Notes: generated by a model from the letters alone, not told the origin. A stretch of 64,000 nt of DNA from Bacillota bacterium (GCA_033549065.1 JAWSUE010000001.1:179136-243135), one strand, 5' to 3'. Positions 19,184 to 30,901 are shown, numbered from the stretch's first letter. Made by a program: numbers and translations.

Positions 19184-19660
19184 TTATTTGGTAAACCGAT
19201 CTGCAACCGTAGTGGCTCCAAATGAATCTGGCTTGATACAGGCCTGGTAGCCGCTGCCGATGACAATCCCAACAACTTCTTTGATTATATCTCTGGTTTC
19301 ACCCTTTTCTCCGACATCCAGGTGAATTTCAACATTAAGATGAAGATCACTGTTCTGGGCTAACTTTTCTGTCAGGCGGGTCGCCACTTCCAGGCTTAAG
19401 AAAGTTTCATAGTAAATACGCTGCCTCAGGCTTTCCATATAGCGTGTTTTCTGTTTATGATAATAAAAACGTCCACCTTTACCAATACGGTGAACGACCA
19501 CAGCAGTAACAAATATGACACAGTCATTTAAAAAGGAATGTGAATCGGTTCCGATGATCAATTTGTAGGAGTCATCAGGGTATTCATTGGTATATTTTAC
19601 TAATTCAGCAAATAAATCTTCAAACTCAATCTGCCCTCTGGACGGGCTGGTAAAAAGCAT
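19184..19660 (-). CDS. RNase H-like protein of unknown function (DUF458/YkuK-like)
   Basis: 'IIGTDSH' motif and ~160 aa size. Family recalled from memory. Confidence 0.45.
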   Translation of the reverse strand: MLFTSPSRGQIEFEDLFAELVKYTNEYPDDSYKLIIGTDSHSFLNDCVIFVTAVVVHRIGKGGRFYYHKQKTRYMESLRQRIYYETFLSLEVATRLTEKLAQNSDLHLNVEIHLDVGEKGETRDIIKEVVGIVIGSGYQACIKPDSFGATTVADRFTK

Positions 19661-19675
19661 TAAGGTAACGACCTT

Positions 19676-20554
19676 TCAGCTTAATTTGCTAAGAACATTA
19701 TAAGTGATTCTGGATAGCAATGCAAACTGTTCAACCGACAGCTGTTCCGGCCTGATTCCGGGATCTATTGCTGCTTCACTCAATAGAAGATGAATCTGTT
19801 CTTTTGAGAGCGGCATATTTTCTTTAAGACTGTTAAGGATTGTTTTTCGACGCTGCTGAAAAGCAGCTTGTACTATTTGCCAGAATAGCTTTTCTTCACC
19901 TGCATTTACTGTGTGAATTTTCGGATGTAAATTAATTACAGCCGAACTTACTTTTGGTTTCGGCCAAAAAACATTCTTTGAAATGTCAAAAAGATACCGC
20001 CCTTCGGCATAATAACTGCATATTACAGAGAGACTGCCATAATTTTTCTCTCCCGGTTTTGCCAAAAGCCTATCTGCAACCTCTTTCTGAAACATCAATA
20101 TTGCATTTGAAAAAGGAAATGACGCCCTGAAAAGATTATACATAAAGGGTCCGGAAATATTATATGGCAGGTTGGAAATTAGCTTAACAGTTGCCGGTAT
20201 ATTAAATAGCTTAAAAAAATCTGTCCAGTTTATTTTGAGAACATCCTTTTCTATAATGCGAACATTATCCTCATGTCCGTAGAAATCATCCAGTAGATTT
20301 ACAAGCCCACTATCTATCTCAATCACAAAGAGATCTGCTCCCACACCGGCAATTGCACCGGTAAGAGCACCTGCACCGGGACCGACCTCAATAATTGTAT
20401 CATCTGCAGATATGTCGGCAGCATCAACAATTTTTCGTACAACATTGGAATCAATCAAGAAATTTTGCCCATACTGCCGCAGAGGGTGTAATCCATATCG
20501 GTCAAAAAGCATTACGATTTCTCGCGGTGAAGTAACATTTGGCTTTTGAGACAT
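19676..20554 (-). CDS. rsmA: 16S rRNA (adenine1518/1519-N6)-dimethyltransferase
   Basis: 'QNFLID' and SAM motif 'IIEVGPGAGALT'. Confidence 0.9.
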   Translation of the reverse strand: MSQKPNVTSPREIVMLFDRYGLHPLRQYGQNFLIDSNVVRKIVDAADISADDTIIEVGPGAGALTGAIAGVGADLFVIEIDSGLVNLLDDFYGHEDNVRIIEKDVLKINWTDFFKLFNIPATVKLISNLPYNISGPFMYNLFRASFPFSNAILMFQKEVADRLLAKPGEKNYGSLSVICSYYAEGRYLFDISKNVFWPKPKVSSAVINLHPKIHTVNAGEEKLFWQIVQAAFQQRRKTILNSLKENMPLSKEQIHLLLSEAAIDPGIRPEQLSVEQFALLSRITYNVLSKLS

Positions 20555-20841
20555 GCCTATACTCCTCCTGAATCCTGCTGAACTGATTTTTATTCTACAT
20601 TCTAAGCTTTGCTAGAGTCAAATATATTATTAATTATCGCAATTGCTTTAAAATTACTATTTGGGATTGATTAATCTCAAAAATATGATGACAAATCAGC
20701 TTAAATGCTTTATAATATATTTTACAATAGTAATAATTCACCTGTTTAAGCAATTTCAGTTCCGAAAGGAGGGCAGTAATTCGCTTTAAACTTATTCCAA
20801 ACCGTTATACTTGAAATTATTTTAAGGAGGCGTTATTTTTA

Positions 20842-21168
20842 ATGGCAGACTTAAAAGAAATATTAGGCAACCTTACTACAAAAATTGAAGCAGCCGACCC
20901 GGCAAAAATGAAAGGGGTTAGTGCTGTATACCAGTTTGACCTTACTGGAGACTGTGGAGGAGTATTCCATGTCGCTGTAGATGATGGAAAACCAACCGTG
21001 GTTGAAGCTGCTCATGACAACCCGAATATAACCATTTCCATGGCCGCGGAAGACTTCAACAACATGCTGGACGGCAAGCTAAATGCTACTTCTGCATTTA
21101 TGGCCGGTAAACTTAAAGTAAAAGGTGATATGTCTCTGGCAATGAAGCTTCAGAGCCTGCTTGGTTAA
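20842..21168 (+). CDS. SCP-2 sterol-carrier-like domain protein
   Basis: 'AEDFNNMLDGKLNATSAFMAGKLKVKGDMSLAMKL' is a typical SCP2 C-terminal motif. Confidence 0.6.
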   Translation: MADLKEILGNLTTKIEAADPAKMKGVSAVYQFDLTGDCGGVFHVAVDDGKPTVVEAAHDNPNITISMAAEDFNNMLDGKLNATSAFMAGKLKVKGDMSLAMKLQSLLG

Positions 21169-22021
21169 GTATCTGCTTCAGAAAGGATTGAATTCCGTGT
21201 TCAACCTGGAAGGCAAAGTTGCCCTTGTAACAGGGGGGTCCCGAGGCCTGGGCAGAGCAGATGCTCTTGCTTTAGCCAAAGCCGGAGCAGATGTGATCAT
21301 TACAGATATCTTACTGGAAAGCGATCAATCTAATGATGTTAACCGGTTTGGACCTCTTGCCCAGGTGATGAAAAGCAAGGGCATAGTTTATACAGAACAG
21401 ACTGCGAAAGATATTATAAAAATGAACCGCCGGGCAGCTGCCTTTAAAATGGATGTTACCAACCGGGAGCAGGTGGCTGAGGTTATATCCGGGGTTGTGG
21501 AAGAATTTGGTCGCATTGATATACTGGTCAACAATGCAGCTGCTCTGGATCATGTAGCTACCATTGAAAATCAGAGCGATGAGCTTTGGGAACGAGATTT
21601 GAAAATTAATCTAACCGGTGCATACAACTGTGCAAAAGCTGTCTGGCCATATATGAAATCACAGCAATGGGGCAGAATAATAAATATGGCTTCTGTTGCC
21701 GGCACGATGGGTGGCTTTGGCCAGGCCAGCTATTCTTCAACAAAAGCTGCTGTGCTTGGTTTAACAAAGAGCCTGGCCCTGGAGGGTGCACGATATAATA
21801 TTACTGTCAATGCTATAGTTCCAGGCATTATTGGAACGGAAGCATGGAAAAGCGGTAACCCTAAAATGAATGAACGAATGATCGCCCGCACTGCTTTCCG
21901 AAAGCCGGGCGAGCCGGAAGATATTGCTCATGCCATAGTATTTCTGGCTACAGAAGAAGCCCGTTATATAACCGGCGTAGGCCTCAATGTTTCCGGAGGC
22001 ATAGAGCTTTTTACTTTTTGA
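21161..22021 (+). CDS. Short-chain dehydrogenase/reductase (SDR) family oxidoreductase
   Basis: 'VTGGSRGLG', 'NNAA' and 'YSSTKAAVLGLTK' (YxxxK). Start overlaps the SCP2 gene by 8 nt. Confidence 0.8.
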   Translation: MVKYLLQKGLNSVFNLEGKVALVTGGSRGLGRADALALAKAGADVIITDILLESDQSNDVNRFGPLAQVMKSKGIVYTEQTAKDIIKMNRRAAAFKMDVTNREQVAEVISGVVEEFGRIDILVNNAAALDHVATIENQSDELWERDLKINLTGAYNCAKAVWPYMKSQQWGRIINMASVAGTMGGFGQASYSSTKAAVLGLTKSLALEGARYNITVNAIVPGIIGTEAWKSGNPKMNERMIARTAFRKPGEPEDIAHAIVFLATEEARYITGVGLNVSGGIELFTF

Positions 22022-22050
22022 ACTGGTAAAAACTAATTTTCTGTTTTTTA

Positions 22051-22091
22051 AAAACGCTTCTCTTTTTACTTTGAAAAGAAGAAGCGTTTTT
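22051..22091. terminator. Bidirectional hairpin terminator between the SDR gene (+) and tatD (-)
   Basis: AAAACGCTTCTC...GAAGAAGCGTTTTT, U-rich on both sides. Confidence 0.5.
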
Positions 22092-22129
22092 ATATGTTCA
22101 TCATACTATGCCGTTTTCTTAAGTATTAC

Positions 22130-22957
22130 CTAATCCCGATCCACCAGATTATCAGAAAAAAGACGTATAGCATTTAAATATACTTGCCCGGCAAGTTTAT
22201 CAAGATCTTGATGCAGTTCCAGTGCAACCCTTTCATAAGTGAGAAGTATGTATGCAGGTTCGTTACGCTGACTGCGATAAGCCTGTGGTGGCAAATACGG
22301 TGCATCTGTTTCAAGCAATAACCTGTCCGGGGGAATATGTTTCAATAGATCACGAAGTTCGTGTGAACGAGGATATGTAACCGGGCCGGCAATAGATATA
22401 TAAAAACCCAAACCGAGAAATTCCTCAGCCTGCTTGATACTGCCTGAAAAGCAGTGCATAACTCCCACTTTATCAGGCAGGTACTCTTCTTTCAAAATTT
22501 GCAAGGTCTCAGGATGAGCTTCACGGCTATGAATAATTAAAGGTTTATTCACCCTACAGGCTAAACGAACATGATCCCGAAAAACCTCTTCCTGTTTTTC
22601 CCGGGGTGAAAGATTACGGTAAAAATCCAGGCCCGTTTCACCAATAGCTAAAACTATATCTGAACGAGCCATCACTTCCAGTCTCTCAAACCACCCGTAA
22701 GCTGCCCTTGTTGCACTGTGTGGGTGTATACCAACTGAAGCGCTGATAAATGGGTATTTCTTGCTTAGTTCAACTGACTTCATCGAACTGGTTTCATCAG
22801 CTCCGGCATTAAGTATTGCTACTATTCCGGCACCTCTGGCTCGATCAATTACCTGGTCCAGATCATTTTTGTACTGGGGGAAATCCAGGTGGGCATGTGA
22901 ATCAATGAGAACAGTCAAATCAGCTAACCCTGCTTCCGGGACTGATCGGTTTTTCAA
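22130..22957 (-). CDS. tatD: TatD-family metal-dependent deoxyribonuclease (true start is probably the TTG near 22918, just after the metG stop)
   Basis: 'LIDSHAHLD' TatD N-terminal motif. The ORF-track start overlaps metG by 38 nt, so the later start is preferred. Confidence 0.8.
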   Translation of the reverse strand: MKNRSVPEAGLADLTVLIDSHAHLDFPQYKNDLDQVIDRARGAGIVAILNAGADETSSMKSVELSKKYPFISASVGIHPHSATRAAYGWFERLEVMARSDIVLAIGETGLDFYRNLSPREKQEEVFRDHVRLACRVNKPLIIHSREAHPETLQILKEEYLPDKVGVMHCFSGSIKQAEEFLGLGFYISIAGPVTYPRSHELRDLLKHIPPDRLLLETDAPYLPPQAYRSQRNEPAYILLTYERVALELHQDLDKLAGQVYLNAIRLFSDNLVDRD

Positions 22958-24959
22958 CAGCGGTTAACGCAAGCCGGCCTTCCTGGTCGGTAGCAGCTAA
23001 AAGCATACCCTGGGAAAGGACACCGCGTAGTTTAACCGGCTTAAGGTTTGCCACAAAAAGCACCTGTTTCTCGATCAGTTCATCGGGTTTATAGTGTTCG
23101 GCTATTCCAGCCACAACCTGCCGCCGTTCACTTTCCCCCAGAGAAACTTCTATTTTCAGCAGTTTATCAGACTTTGGAATTTTTTCTGCAGCTATTATTG
23201 TCGCTACACGCAAATCAACTGTCTGAAATTGATCGAGGCTGATCAAACCTTCATCCTTTTCAACAGTATCTGAAGATGCTTCTACATCTTGTGTTTGTCC
23301 ACCCTGCATTTCCCTGATTTCTGCCTGTAAGTTGAGGCGGGGGAATAAGTCTTCGCCCCTCTCTACGATAGTACCCGGCTGCATAAGTCCCCAACTCATC
23401 AAACTTTCCCAGCTCTGCAATTCCTTTTTATCTCTCACTCCGAGCTGACTCCAGATCAATTCCGGAGATCTCGGTAAAAATGGCTGTAACATAGCAGCAA
23501 TGAAACGGATACTTTCAATCAGATTATATATAACGGTGCCAAGACGCCCCTGTTTCGCTGGATCTTTAGCCAATTCCCATGGCATGTTCTCATCGATATA
23601 TTTATTGCTGCGTCGGACTAATTTCCAGAGTTCAGCTAAAGCATCACTGGTTTTAAGTTGATCCATAAATACTTCCATAACTTTAGGAGTCTCCAGTGCC
23701 AGATTTTTTAATTCTCTGTCGCTGGTTTCATTATCAATTTCCGGAGAAGGAAGTTCTCCATCGAAGTATCGTTCTGCCATTGTCAGAGTCCTGCTGACCA
23801 GATTGCCCAGATCATTTGCCAGATCACTATTAATTCGTGTAATAAACGATTCAAGACTGAAAATACCATCCTGTCCGAAAGGAATTTCTCTTAAAAGAAA
23901 ATAACGCAGAGCATCAGAGCTGTAACGCTCTGCCAATACAAGAGGGTCAACCACATTGCCTTTTGATTTTGACATTTTCCCATCCTGTAGCATCAACCAA
24001 CCATGGCCAAAAACTGTTTTTGGCAAAGGTTGATCGAGGGCCATTAGGAAAATAGGCCAATATATAGTATGAAATCGCAAAATATCTTTTCCGATTAACT
24101 GAACATCAGCAGGCCAAAAAGTTTCGTAAATACTACCCTCTTCACCAAAACCTAAAGCAGTAATATAATTACTCAGAGCATCAAGCCACACATAGATTAC
24201 ATGAGATGGATCAAAAGGAACAGGAATGCCCCAGTTAAAAGAAGTTCTCGATACACAGAGATCCTCTAATCCCGGTTTAAGAAAATTGTTGATCATCTCG
24301 TTTTTTCTTGATGCAGGCAGGATAAATTCAGGATTATTTTCTATATGCTCCATCAGTCGATCGGCGTATTTAGACATCCTGAAAAAGTATGCCTCTTCAG
24401 CAATCAGTTCAACATCACGGCCACAATCAGGACATTTACATTCAACTAACTGCCGTTCTGTCCAGTATGCTTCACAGGGTGTACAATACCATCCTTCATA
24501 CCTCCCCTTGTAAATATCACCCTTTTCATAGAAATGGGTAAATATACGGGCAACTTTTTCCTTATGTCGTTCTTCTGTAGTCCTTATAAAGTCATCATAG
24601 GATATATCAAGCTCTTTCCATAAACCCTTTATCCAGGCCACAATTTCGTCAACAAAAGCCATGGGGGGTTTTCCTGCTGCATCAGCCTGGCGCTGTATTT
24701 TCTGCCCGTGTTCATCGGTTCCTGTAAGAAACCAAACCTTATAACCTGTCAGGCGCTTAAACCGGGCCATCGCATCAGCAGCAACCGTGGTATAGGAATT
24801 CCCTACATGAAGTTTGTTACTCGGATAATAGATGGGGGTTGTTATATAAAATGTTTTATTTCCCGCCAATTTCCGGCCTCCTCCACTGCCATAAGATGTC
24901 GTTATTATATCAGAGCATAAATTACTGTCAAGGTAATCAGAAATTGGGAATACTTCCAT
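22920..24959 (-). CDS. metG: Methionyl-tRNA synthetase with C-terminal tRNA-binding (EMAP-like) domain
   Basis: 'PIYYPSNKLHVGN' HIGH region, 'KMSKS', Zn knuckle 'CPDCGRD', C-terminal OB domain. Confidence 0.9.
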   Translation of the reverse strand: MEVFPISDYLDSNLCSDIITTSYGSGGGRKLAGNKTFYITTPIYYPSNKLHVGNSYTTVAADAMARFKRLTGYKVWFLTGTDEHGQKIQRQADAAGKPPMAFVDEIVAWIKGLWKELDISYDDFIRTTEERHKEKVARIFTHFYEKGDIYKGRYEGWYCTPCEAYWTERQLVECKCPDCGRDVELIAEEAYFFRMSKYADRLMEHIENNPEFILPASRKNEMINNFLKPGLEDLCVSRTSFNWGIPVPFDPSHVIYVWLDALSNYITALGFGEEGSIYETFWPADVQLIGKDILRFHTIYWPIFLMALDQPLPKTVFGHGWLMLQDGKMSKSKGNVVDPLVLAERYSSDALRYFLLREIPFGQDGIFSLESFITRINSDLANDLGNLVSRTLTMAERYFDGELPSPEIDNETSDRELKNLALETPKVMEVFMDQLKTSDALAELWKLVRRSNKYIDENMPWELAKDPAKQGRLGTVIYNLIESIRFIAAMLQPFLPRSPELIWSQLGVRDKKELQSWESLMSWGLMQPGTIVERGEDLFPRLNLQAEIREMQGGQTQDVEASSDTVEKDEGLISLDQFQTVDLRVATIIAAEKIPKSDKLLKIEVSLGESERRQVVAGIAEHYKPDELIEKQVLFVANLKPVKLRGVLSQGMLLAATDQEGRLALTAVEKPISPGSRVS

Positions 24960-25000
24960 GTAATATTTTTGTAAAGCTGAATATATTGGGAAAAAAACTA

Positions 25001-25030
25001 TTGACTTGCCATGTCAATTACTGGTATAAT
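25001..25030 (+). promoter_or_regulatory. Sigma-70-type promoter for abrB (TTGACT-18-TATAAT) containing an inverted repeat ATTGAC..GTCAAT
   Basis: TTGACT at 25001-25006 and TATAAT at 25025-25030. The palindrome overlaps the -35 element, a possible autoregulatory operator. Confidence 0.6.
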
Positions 25031-25075
25031 ATCCAAACCAGCCTTGCTCCATTATGAAGAAAAGGAGGAAATGAT

Positions 25076-25318
25076 TTGAAATCAACAGGGATTGTAAGAA
25101 AAGTTGATGAACTTGGCCGGGTAGTTATTCCTATTGAATTACGACGTACACTGGGGATAGAAGTCAAAGATGCTCTTGAAATTTACGTAGATGCTGAAAA
25201 AATTATCCTTAAAAAATATGAACCTGCCTGCTTATTCTGTGGAAATGCCGATAATGTTAAACACTTCGGAAATCGTATCGTTTGCCGGGAGTGTATTGAC
25301 AAATTAGCAAAAGATTAA
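25076..25318 (+). CDS. abrB: AbrB-family transition-state regulator with a C-terminal 4-Cys tail
   Basis: N-terminus 'MKSTGIVRKVDELGRVVIPIELRRTLGI' is near-identical to AbrB. C-terminus 'CLFCGNADNVKHFGNRIVCRECIDK' is a CxxC...CxxC zinc ribbon. Confidence 0.85.
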   Translation: MKSTGIVRKVDELGRVVIPIELRRTLGIEVKDALEIYVDAEKIILKKYEPACLFCGNADNVKHFGNRIVCRECIDKLAKD

Positions 25319-25337
25319 TATTTTTGTTAAATCCTAA

Positions 25338-25360
25338 GGGGCACGGTCTTACCGTGCCCC
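25338..25360. terminator. Hairpin between abrB (+) and yaaT (-)
   Basis: GGGGCACGG-tctta-CCGTGCCCC. The flanking U-tracts are weak. Confidence 0.4.
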
Positions 25361-25365
25361 AGTCA

Positions 25366-26166
25366 TTATGGCATATCAACCTCTTCGACCGGAAATTCTC
25401 TTATATAGCCCGACTCAGATAATTTTACTATAACAGTTTGTTTTCTATGGTTTATATCCTTTACTTCCCCTTCTCCATCAGGGGTTAGTACAAGTGATCC
25501 CTGCTTGGGGAGTTCTGCACGGGCATCTTCATACGAACTTGCTTCATAACGAAGGCAACACATTAACCTACCGCAAACTCCCGATATTTTTGTAGGGTTT
25601 AGTGATAAATTCTGTCCTTTTGCCATTCGAATCGACACCGGTTCAAAATCTTCGAGAAATGTACTGCAGCAAAAAGCCCGCCCACAGGGGCCAATACCAC
25701 CTTTTATCTTGGCTTCATCCCGAACTCCAATTTGCCTCAACTCAATACGGGTTTTAAATATTGAAGCTAAATCTTTTACCAGTTCTCTGAAATCTACCCG
25801 CTCTTCAGAAGTAAAATAAAAAATGATCTTATTACGATCAAAAGTATATTCAACAGTGACAAGCTTCATATCCAGTCCGTGTTCTTTAATTTTTTGCTGA
25901 CACTTTTCGAAAGCAGCAGCTTCCTTCTCAACATTCTCCTCCGCCTGACGGCAATCAGCTTCGGAAGCAACTCTAATCACTTTTTTCAGGGGTAATACCA
26001 ATTCTACTTCAGGCACTTCCCTGACATCCAAAACAACATTTCCTATTTCCTGACCCCTTGCAGTTTCAACAATAACCCGATCACCCTGCGTTAATCTATC
26101 TGATCCAGGCTCGAAATAATAAACCTTTCCGGCTGGTTTAAACCTAATCCCGACTACTGTTGGCAT
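25366..26166 (-). CDS. ricT: PSP1-domain protein YaaT/RicT
   Basis: PSP1 Cys motifs 'GPCGRAFCCSTF' and 'CGRLMCCLRYE'. Confidence 0.8.
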   Translation of the reverse strand: MPTVVGIRFKPAGKVYYFEPGSDRLTQGDRVIVETARGQEIGNVVLDVREVPEVELVLPLKKVIRVASEADCRQAEENVEKEAAAFEKCQQKIKEHGLDMKLVTVEYTFDRNKIIFYFTSEERVDFRELVKDLASIFKTRIELRQIGVRDEAKIKGGIGPCGRAFCCSTFLEDFEPVSIRMAKGQNLSLNPTKISGVCGRLMCCLRYEASSYEDARAELPKQGSLVLTPDGEGEVKDINHRKQTVIVKLSESGYIREFPVEEVDMP

Positions 26167-27143
26167 CTGCTTAACCTCCCCTGAGTAATAATAAGCATTT
26201 TTTCTATCAATAAGCGACGATTAACATTGGTTTCTGCAAGTTGATTGGCGGTTTCGTTAATCAATAGTATGGTCTCTTCCAAAATATCCGGAGTCAGATT
26301 ATCCAGCCCCGATGATGTTTGATCCGGATTTGCTGTAAATCTTTCATTTTTAATAAACAGCCTGACTATGCTATCGCGAAATATCATACATAAAAGCTCT
26401 AAAAAAGATATAAGATCCTCTCTCTCTGCCAGGGTGGCAGCCCAAGAGATTAGCTGGCGGACTGAATCGCGTCCTGAGGCCAGGTTCGAAACAAGTGTTT
26501 TTGCCTCTTCAAACCGATTTGCAAAATCTTCATTGTGGGCAAGATTCAATGCATAGCCCGGTATACCGCCTGAGATACCGGCCATTAAATAAGCGTGCTC
26601 TTCTGAAACATTAGTTCTGTCCTGCAATAACTCTATTATTTCAGTTCTGCTCAACGGCTGCAAGGTATATCGTTGGCACCTTGATAAAATGGTATCAATT
26701 ATCTTCCCGGGCTGTTCAGATAGCAAAATAAAATATAACCTATCCGGCGGTTCCTCGAGTATCTTCAGCATCGATGATGAAGCTTCAGCTGTCATGGTTT
26801 CTGCCTGTTCAATCAGACAAACCTTATTTCCGCCAAGCAGAAAAAATTTTTCACGAAGATTTCTAATCTGATCAATCTTTATATTACGTCCATCAGGTTT
26901 AACAATAAAATATTCAGGATGATTCCCACTAAGAAAACGACGACAGGGATCACATACCTGGCATGATTCAACTCCATCACGGTCTTTACAGAACAAGGCC
27001 TGGGCAAGCGCACTGCCCCAACTTTTCTTTCCAATTCCTGCCTGCCCGGTTATTAATATTGCATGGCTTACTTGGTGTAAATCTAGATTTTTTGACAATA
27101 ATTCACGAGCTTCTGGTTGCCCTATTAATAAAGTTGAATTCAT
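26154..27143 (-). CDS. holB: DNA polymerase III delta-prime subunit
   Basis: 'HAILITGQAGIGK' P-loop, Zn module 'C..C..C', conserved position after tmk. Confidence 0.8.
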   Translation of the reverse strand: MNSTLLIGQPEARELLSKNLDLHQVSHAILITGQAGIGKKSWGSALAQALFCKDRDGVESCQVCDPCRRFLSGNHPEYFIVKPDGRNIKIDQIRNLREKFFLLGGNKVCLIEQAETMTAEASSSMLKILEEPPDRLYFILLSEQPGKIIDTILSRCQRYTLQPLSRTEIIELLQDRTNVSEEHAYLMAGISGGIPGYALNLAHNEDFANRFEEAKTLVSNLASGRDSVRQLISWAATLAEREDLISFLELLCMIFRDSIVRLFIKNERFTANPDQTSSGLDNLTPDILEETILLINETANQLAETNVNRRLLIEKMLIITQGRLSRCQQ

Positions 27144-27785
27144 TTAAACTTCCTTTGTTAACCTTTTATTTGTCAATTCTTTCACATAACCGCCGATCAG
27201 TTTTTCCTGATCCTCAATTCCCTTAGAGGCATTGATAACGATAAAGCGATGTGGTTCCATCCGGGCCAATTCCAGATATCCATCCCTTACTCTATGGTAA
27301 TAAGCCAGATCATTTTGCTCCATTCTGTCATTATTATTACCTCTTCTGGAAAAAGCTTCGGAAACCGGCAAATCGAGCAAAAAGGTCAGGTCTGGAGAAA
27401 TTCCCCTTGTTACCTTGTGATTTAATTCACGGATCCAAGAAATATCAGCGCCTCCACCATATCCCTGGTAAGCAAGAGTAGAATCAGTATAGCGATCACA
27501 AATAACCAGTTTGCCGGCCAACAAAGCAGGAATTATAATCTGATCGGCTAATTCAGACCGTGCGGTCATATAGAGGAGTAGCTCACACTGCAGTGAAAGA
27601 GGGTAATCATTCTGTAATAGTATTTTCCTGATGTCTTCTCCGGCGGGAGTTCCACCCGGTTCACGAACTGAAACAAATGGGATATTTTGCCATGAAAGAA
27701 ATTGCTGCAACCTGCTAACCTGGGTTGATTTTCCGCAGCCGTCAATTCCTTCAAGAGTTATTAAGTATCCTCGCGAGATAAACAC
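27144..27785 (-). CDS. tmk: Thymidylate kinase
   Basis: 'ITLEGIDGCGKSTQ' P-loop and the 'DRY' motif. Confidence 0.9.
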   Translation of the reverse strand: MFISRGYLITLEGIDGCGKSTQVSRLQQFLSWQNIPFVSVREPGGTPAGEDIRKILLQNDYPLSLQCELLLYMTARSELADQIIIPALLAGKLVICDRYTDSTLAYQGYGGGADISWIRELNHKVTRGISPDLTFLLDLPVSEAFSRRGNNNDRMEQNDLAYYHRVRDGYLELARMEPHRFIVINASKGIEDQEKLIGGYVKELTNKRLTKEV

Positions 27786-27893
27786 CCTTTCATCTAGCTA
27801 TTTGTTCTTTTATCCGATAATCCAATTATCTTCAGTTTACCAAAAAAATGCAGACTTATACAGTCTGCAGTAGTAAGTAGATGAAAACAGATT

Positions 27894-29453
<1,560 letters not shown>

Positions 29454-29505
29454 TTATTTTAAAGCGAATTCATTTATGAGTATCTAAACTGGAAGAGGTG
29501 AATGC

Positions 29506-30276
29506 ATGCCGTATATCGAGATAAATTCGGTACGCTGCTATTACAGCCAAAGAAATGGAACGGGAACGCCGATACTTTTTTGCCATGGCTCAGGTGGAGG
29601 ACATCACCACTGGCTTTTCCAACTGAAGAATTTACCTGACTCATTAGAGCCTATAGCAGTTGATCTGCCCGGTCATGGTCGCTCGGAAGGCCCACCGGCA
29701 AGTAATATTGAAACATACAGAGACTGGCTGCACCAATTTACAGAAAGCTTGAAACTCAAAGATTTTCTGTTAGCCGGCCATTCAATGGGCGGAGCTATTG
29801 CTATGGCTTATGCGATGAAATACCCTGATCACGTTTTGGGGCTTGTACTTATCGGCACCGGGTGCCGTTTAAAGGTATTACCTGAATTGCTCAGTTCTCT
29901 TAAAAAAGAAACTATGCCAGCTGATTTTATTCAATATCTATACGGGGAGAATGCGTCGGATGAACTGCTCAACCGTGCCAGAGAAGAATTAACTGCTACT
30001 AATCCTGTTTTATTATATTCTGATTTATCAGCCTGCAATAATTTTAACATCACTGACAAACTAGCCCTAATAATGCAGCCATCATTGGTAATCTGTGGCA
30101 GTAAAGACTTACTGACTCCGGTTAAATACAGCAGATTTCTTAGCGATAAACTGCCCCGGGGAGAAATTGATATAATTACTGACGCGGGACATATGGCAAT
30201 GATTGAAAAACCCGATGAAGTTAACAATTCAATTGTTCTTTTTCATAATAAATTGCACAATTCGGGGGAATATTAA
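29506..30276 (+). CDS. Alpha/beta-fold hydrolase
   Basis: 'ILFCHGSGGG' and the nucleophile elbow 'AGHSMGG'. Confidence 0.7.
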   Translation: MPYIEINSVRCYYSQRNGTGTPILFCHGSGGGHHHWLFQLKNLPDSLEPIAVDLPGHGRSEGPPASNIETYRDWLHQFTESLKLKDFLLAGHSMGGAIAMAYAMKYPDHVLGLVLIGTGCRLKVLPELLSSLKKETMPADFIQYLYGENASDELLNRAREELTATNPVLLYSDLSACNNFNITDKLALIMQPSLVICGSKDLLTPVKYSRFLSDKLPRGEIDIITDAGHMAMIEKPDEVNNSIVLFHNKLHNSGEY

Positions 30277-30277
30277 T

Positions 30278-30901
30278 ATGAGCAAAAAACAAAGCTTTTT
30301 TAACCTGGATGTCACTTTGGAGCATGCCGTTAAACAGTTTAGCAGGAATGTTCCCGATAAAATGGCTGAACAGGCTGATGTCCCTTATGACCAACATGAC
30401 TCAATTCATACAGTCCGTTTTATCGATTCAGATTACCTGGTTCAATATCCATCAGGAAATGTAACCTTGAAAAACGGCGAACCCGCTTCCACATATGTTG
30501 CAATAATAATTCTACACTATATGATCACAGCAAACGGTCAGAAGCTGACCGGACGTTGGATTGCATACAGGCATTTACCAGGCGGTGATATATATATCGA
30601 TCCTTTTAACAACAAGGCTGTGAAACCTTTTCTCAGGACTTTCGGAGAAATTCCCGATGAATATGAAAAGTCTGCTCTTGCCATGGGAGGGACCAGGCTC
30701 TCAATGAGCGGCATCAGTATAATGATTCCTGTATTGCCGAGAGTGCCTATATGCTTTCAATTATGGCCGGGTGATGATGAAATGCCTGCATCTGCAAATA
30801 TTCTTTTTGACGAAACAGCTTCCGGTTATCTTCCAACCGAAGATTATGCCCACCTGCCGGCAATGGTAGTTGGAGCGATGAAAAATTATATGAAGACTTA
30901 A
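30278..30901 (+). CDS. Conserved hypothetical protein (start taken as ATG 30278 rather than the ORF-track 30203)
   Basis: ATG one nt after the upstream stop, with a GGGGGA RBS. No motif I can assign with confidence. Confidence 0.45.
   Translation: MSKKQSFFNLDVTLEHAVKQFSRNVPDKMAEQADVPYDQHDSIHTVRFIDSDYLVQYPSGNVTLKNGEPASTYVAIIILHYMITANGQKLTGRWIAYRHLPGGDIYIDPFNNKAVKPFLRTFGEIPDEYEKSALAMGGTRLSMSGISIMIPVLPRVPICFQLWPGDDEMPASANILFDETASGYLPTEDYAHLPAMVVGAMKNYMKT

Noticed and set aside
30203-30277. ORF-track start at 30203 for the gene downstream of the alpha/beta hydrolase
   Set aside because: It would overlap the hydrolase by 74 nt in another frame. An ATG at 30278 directly after the stop, with a Gly-rich RBS, is a more plausible start.
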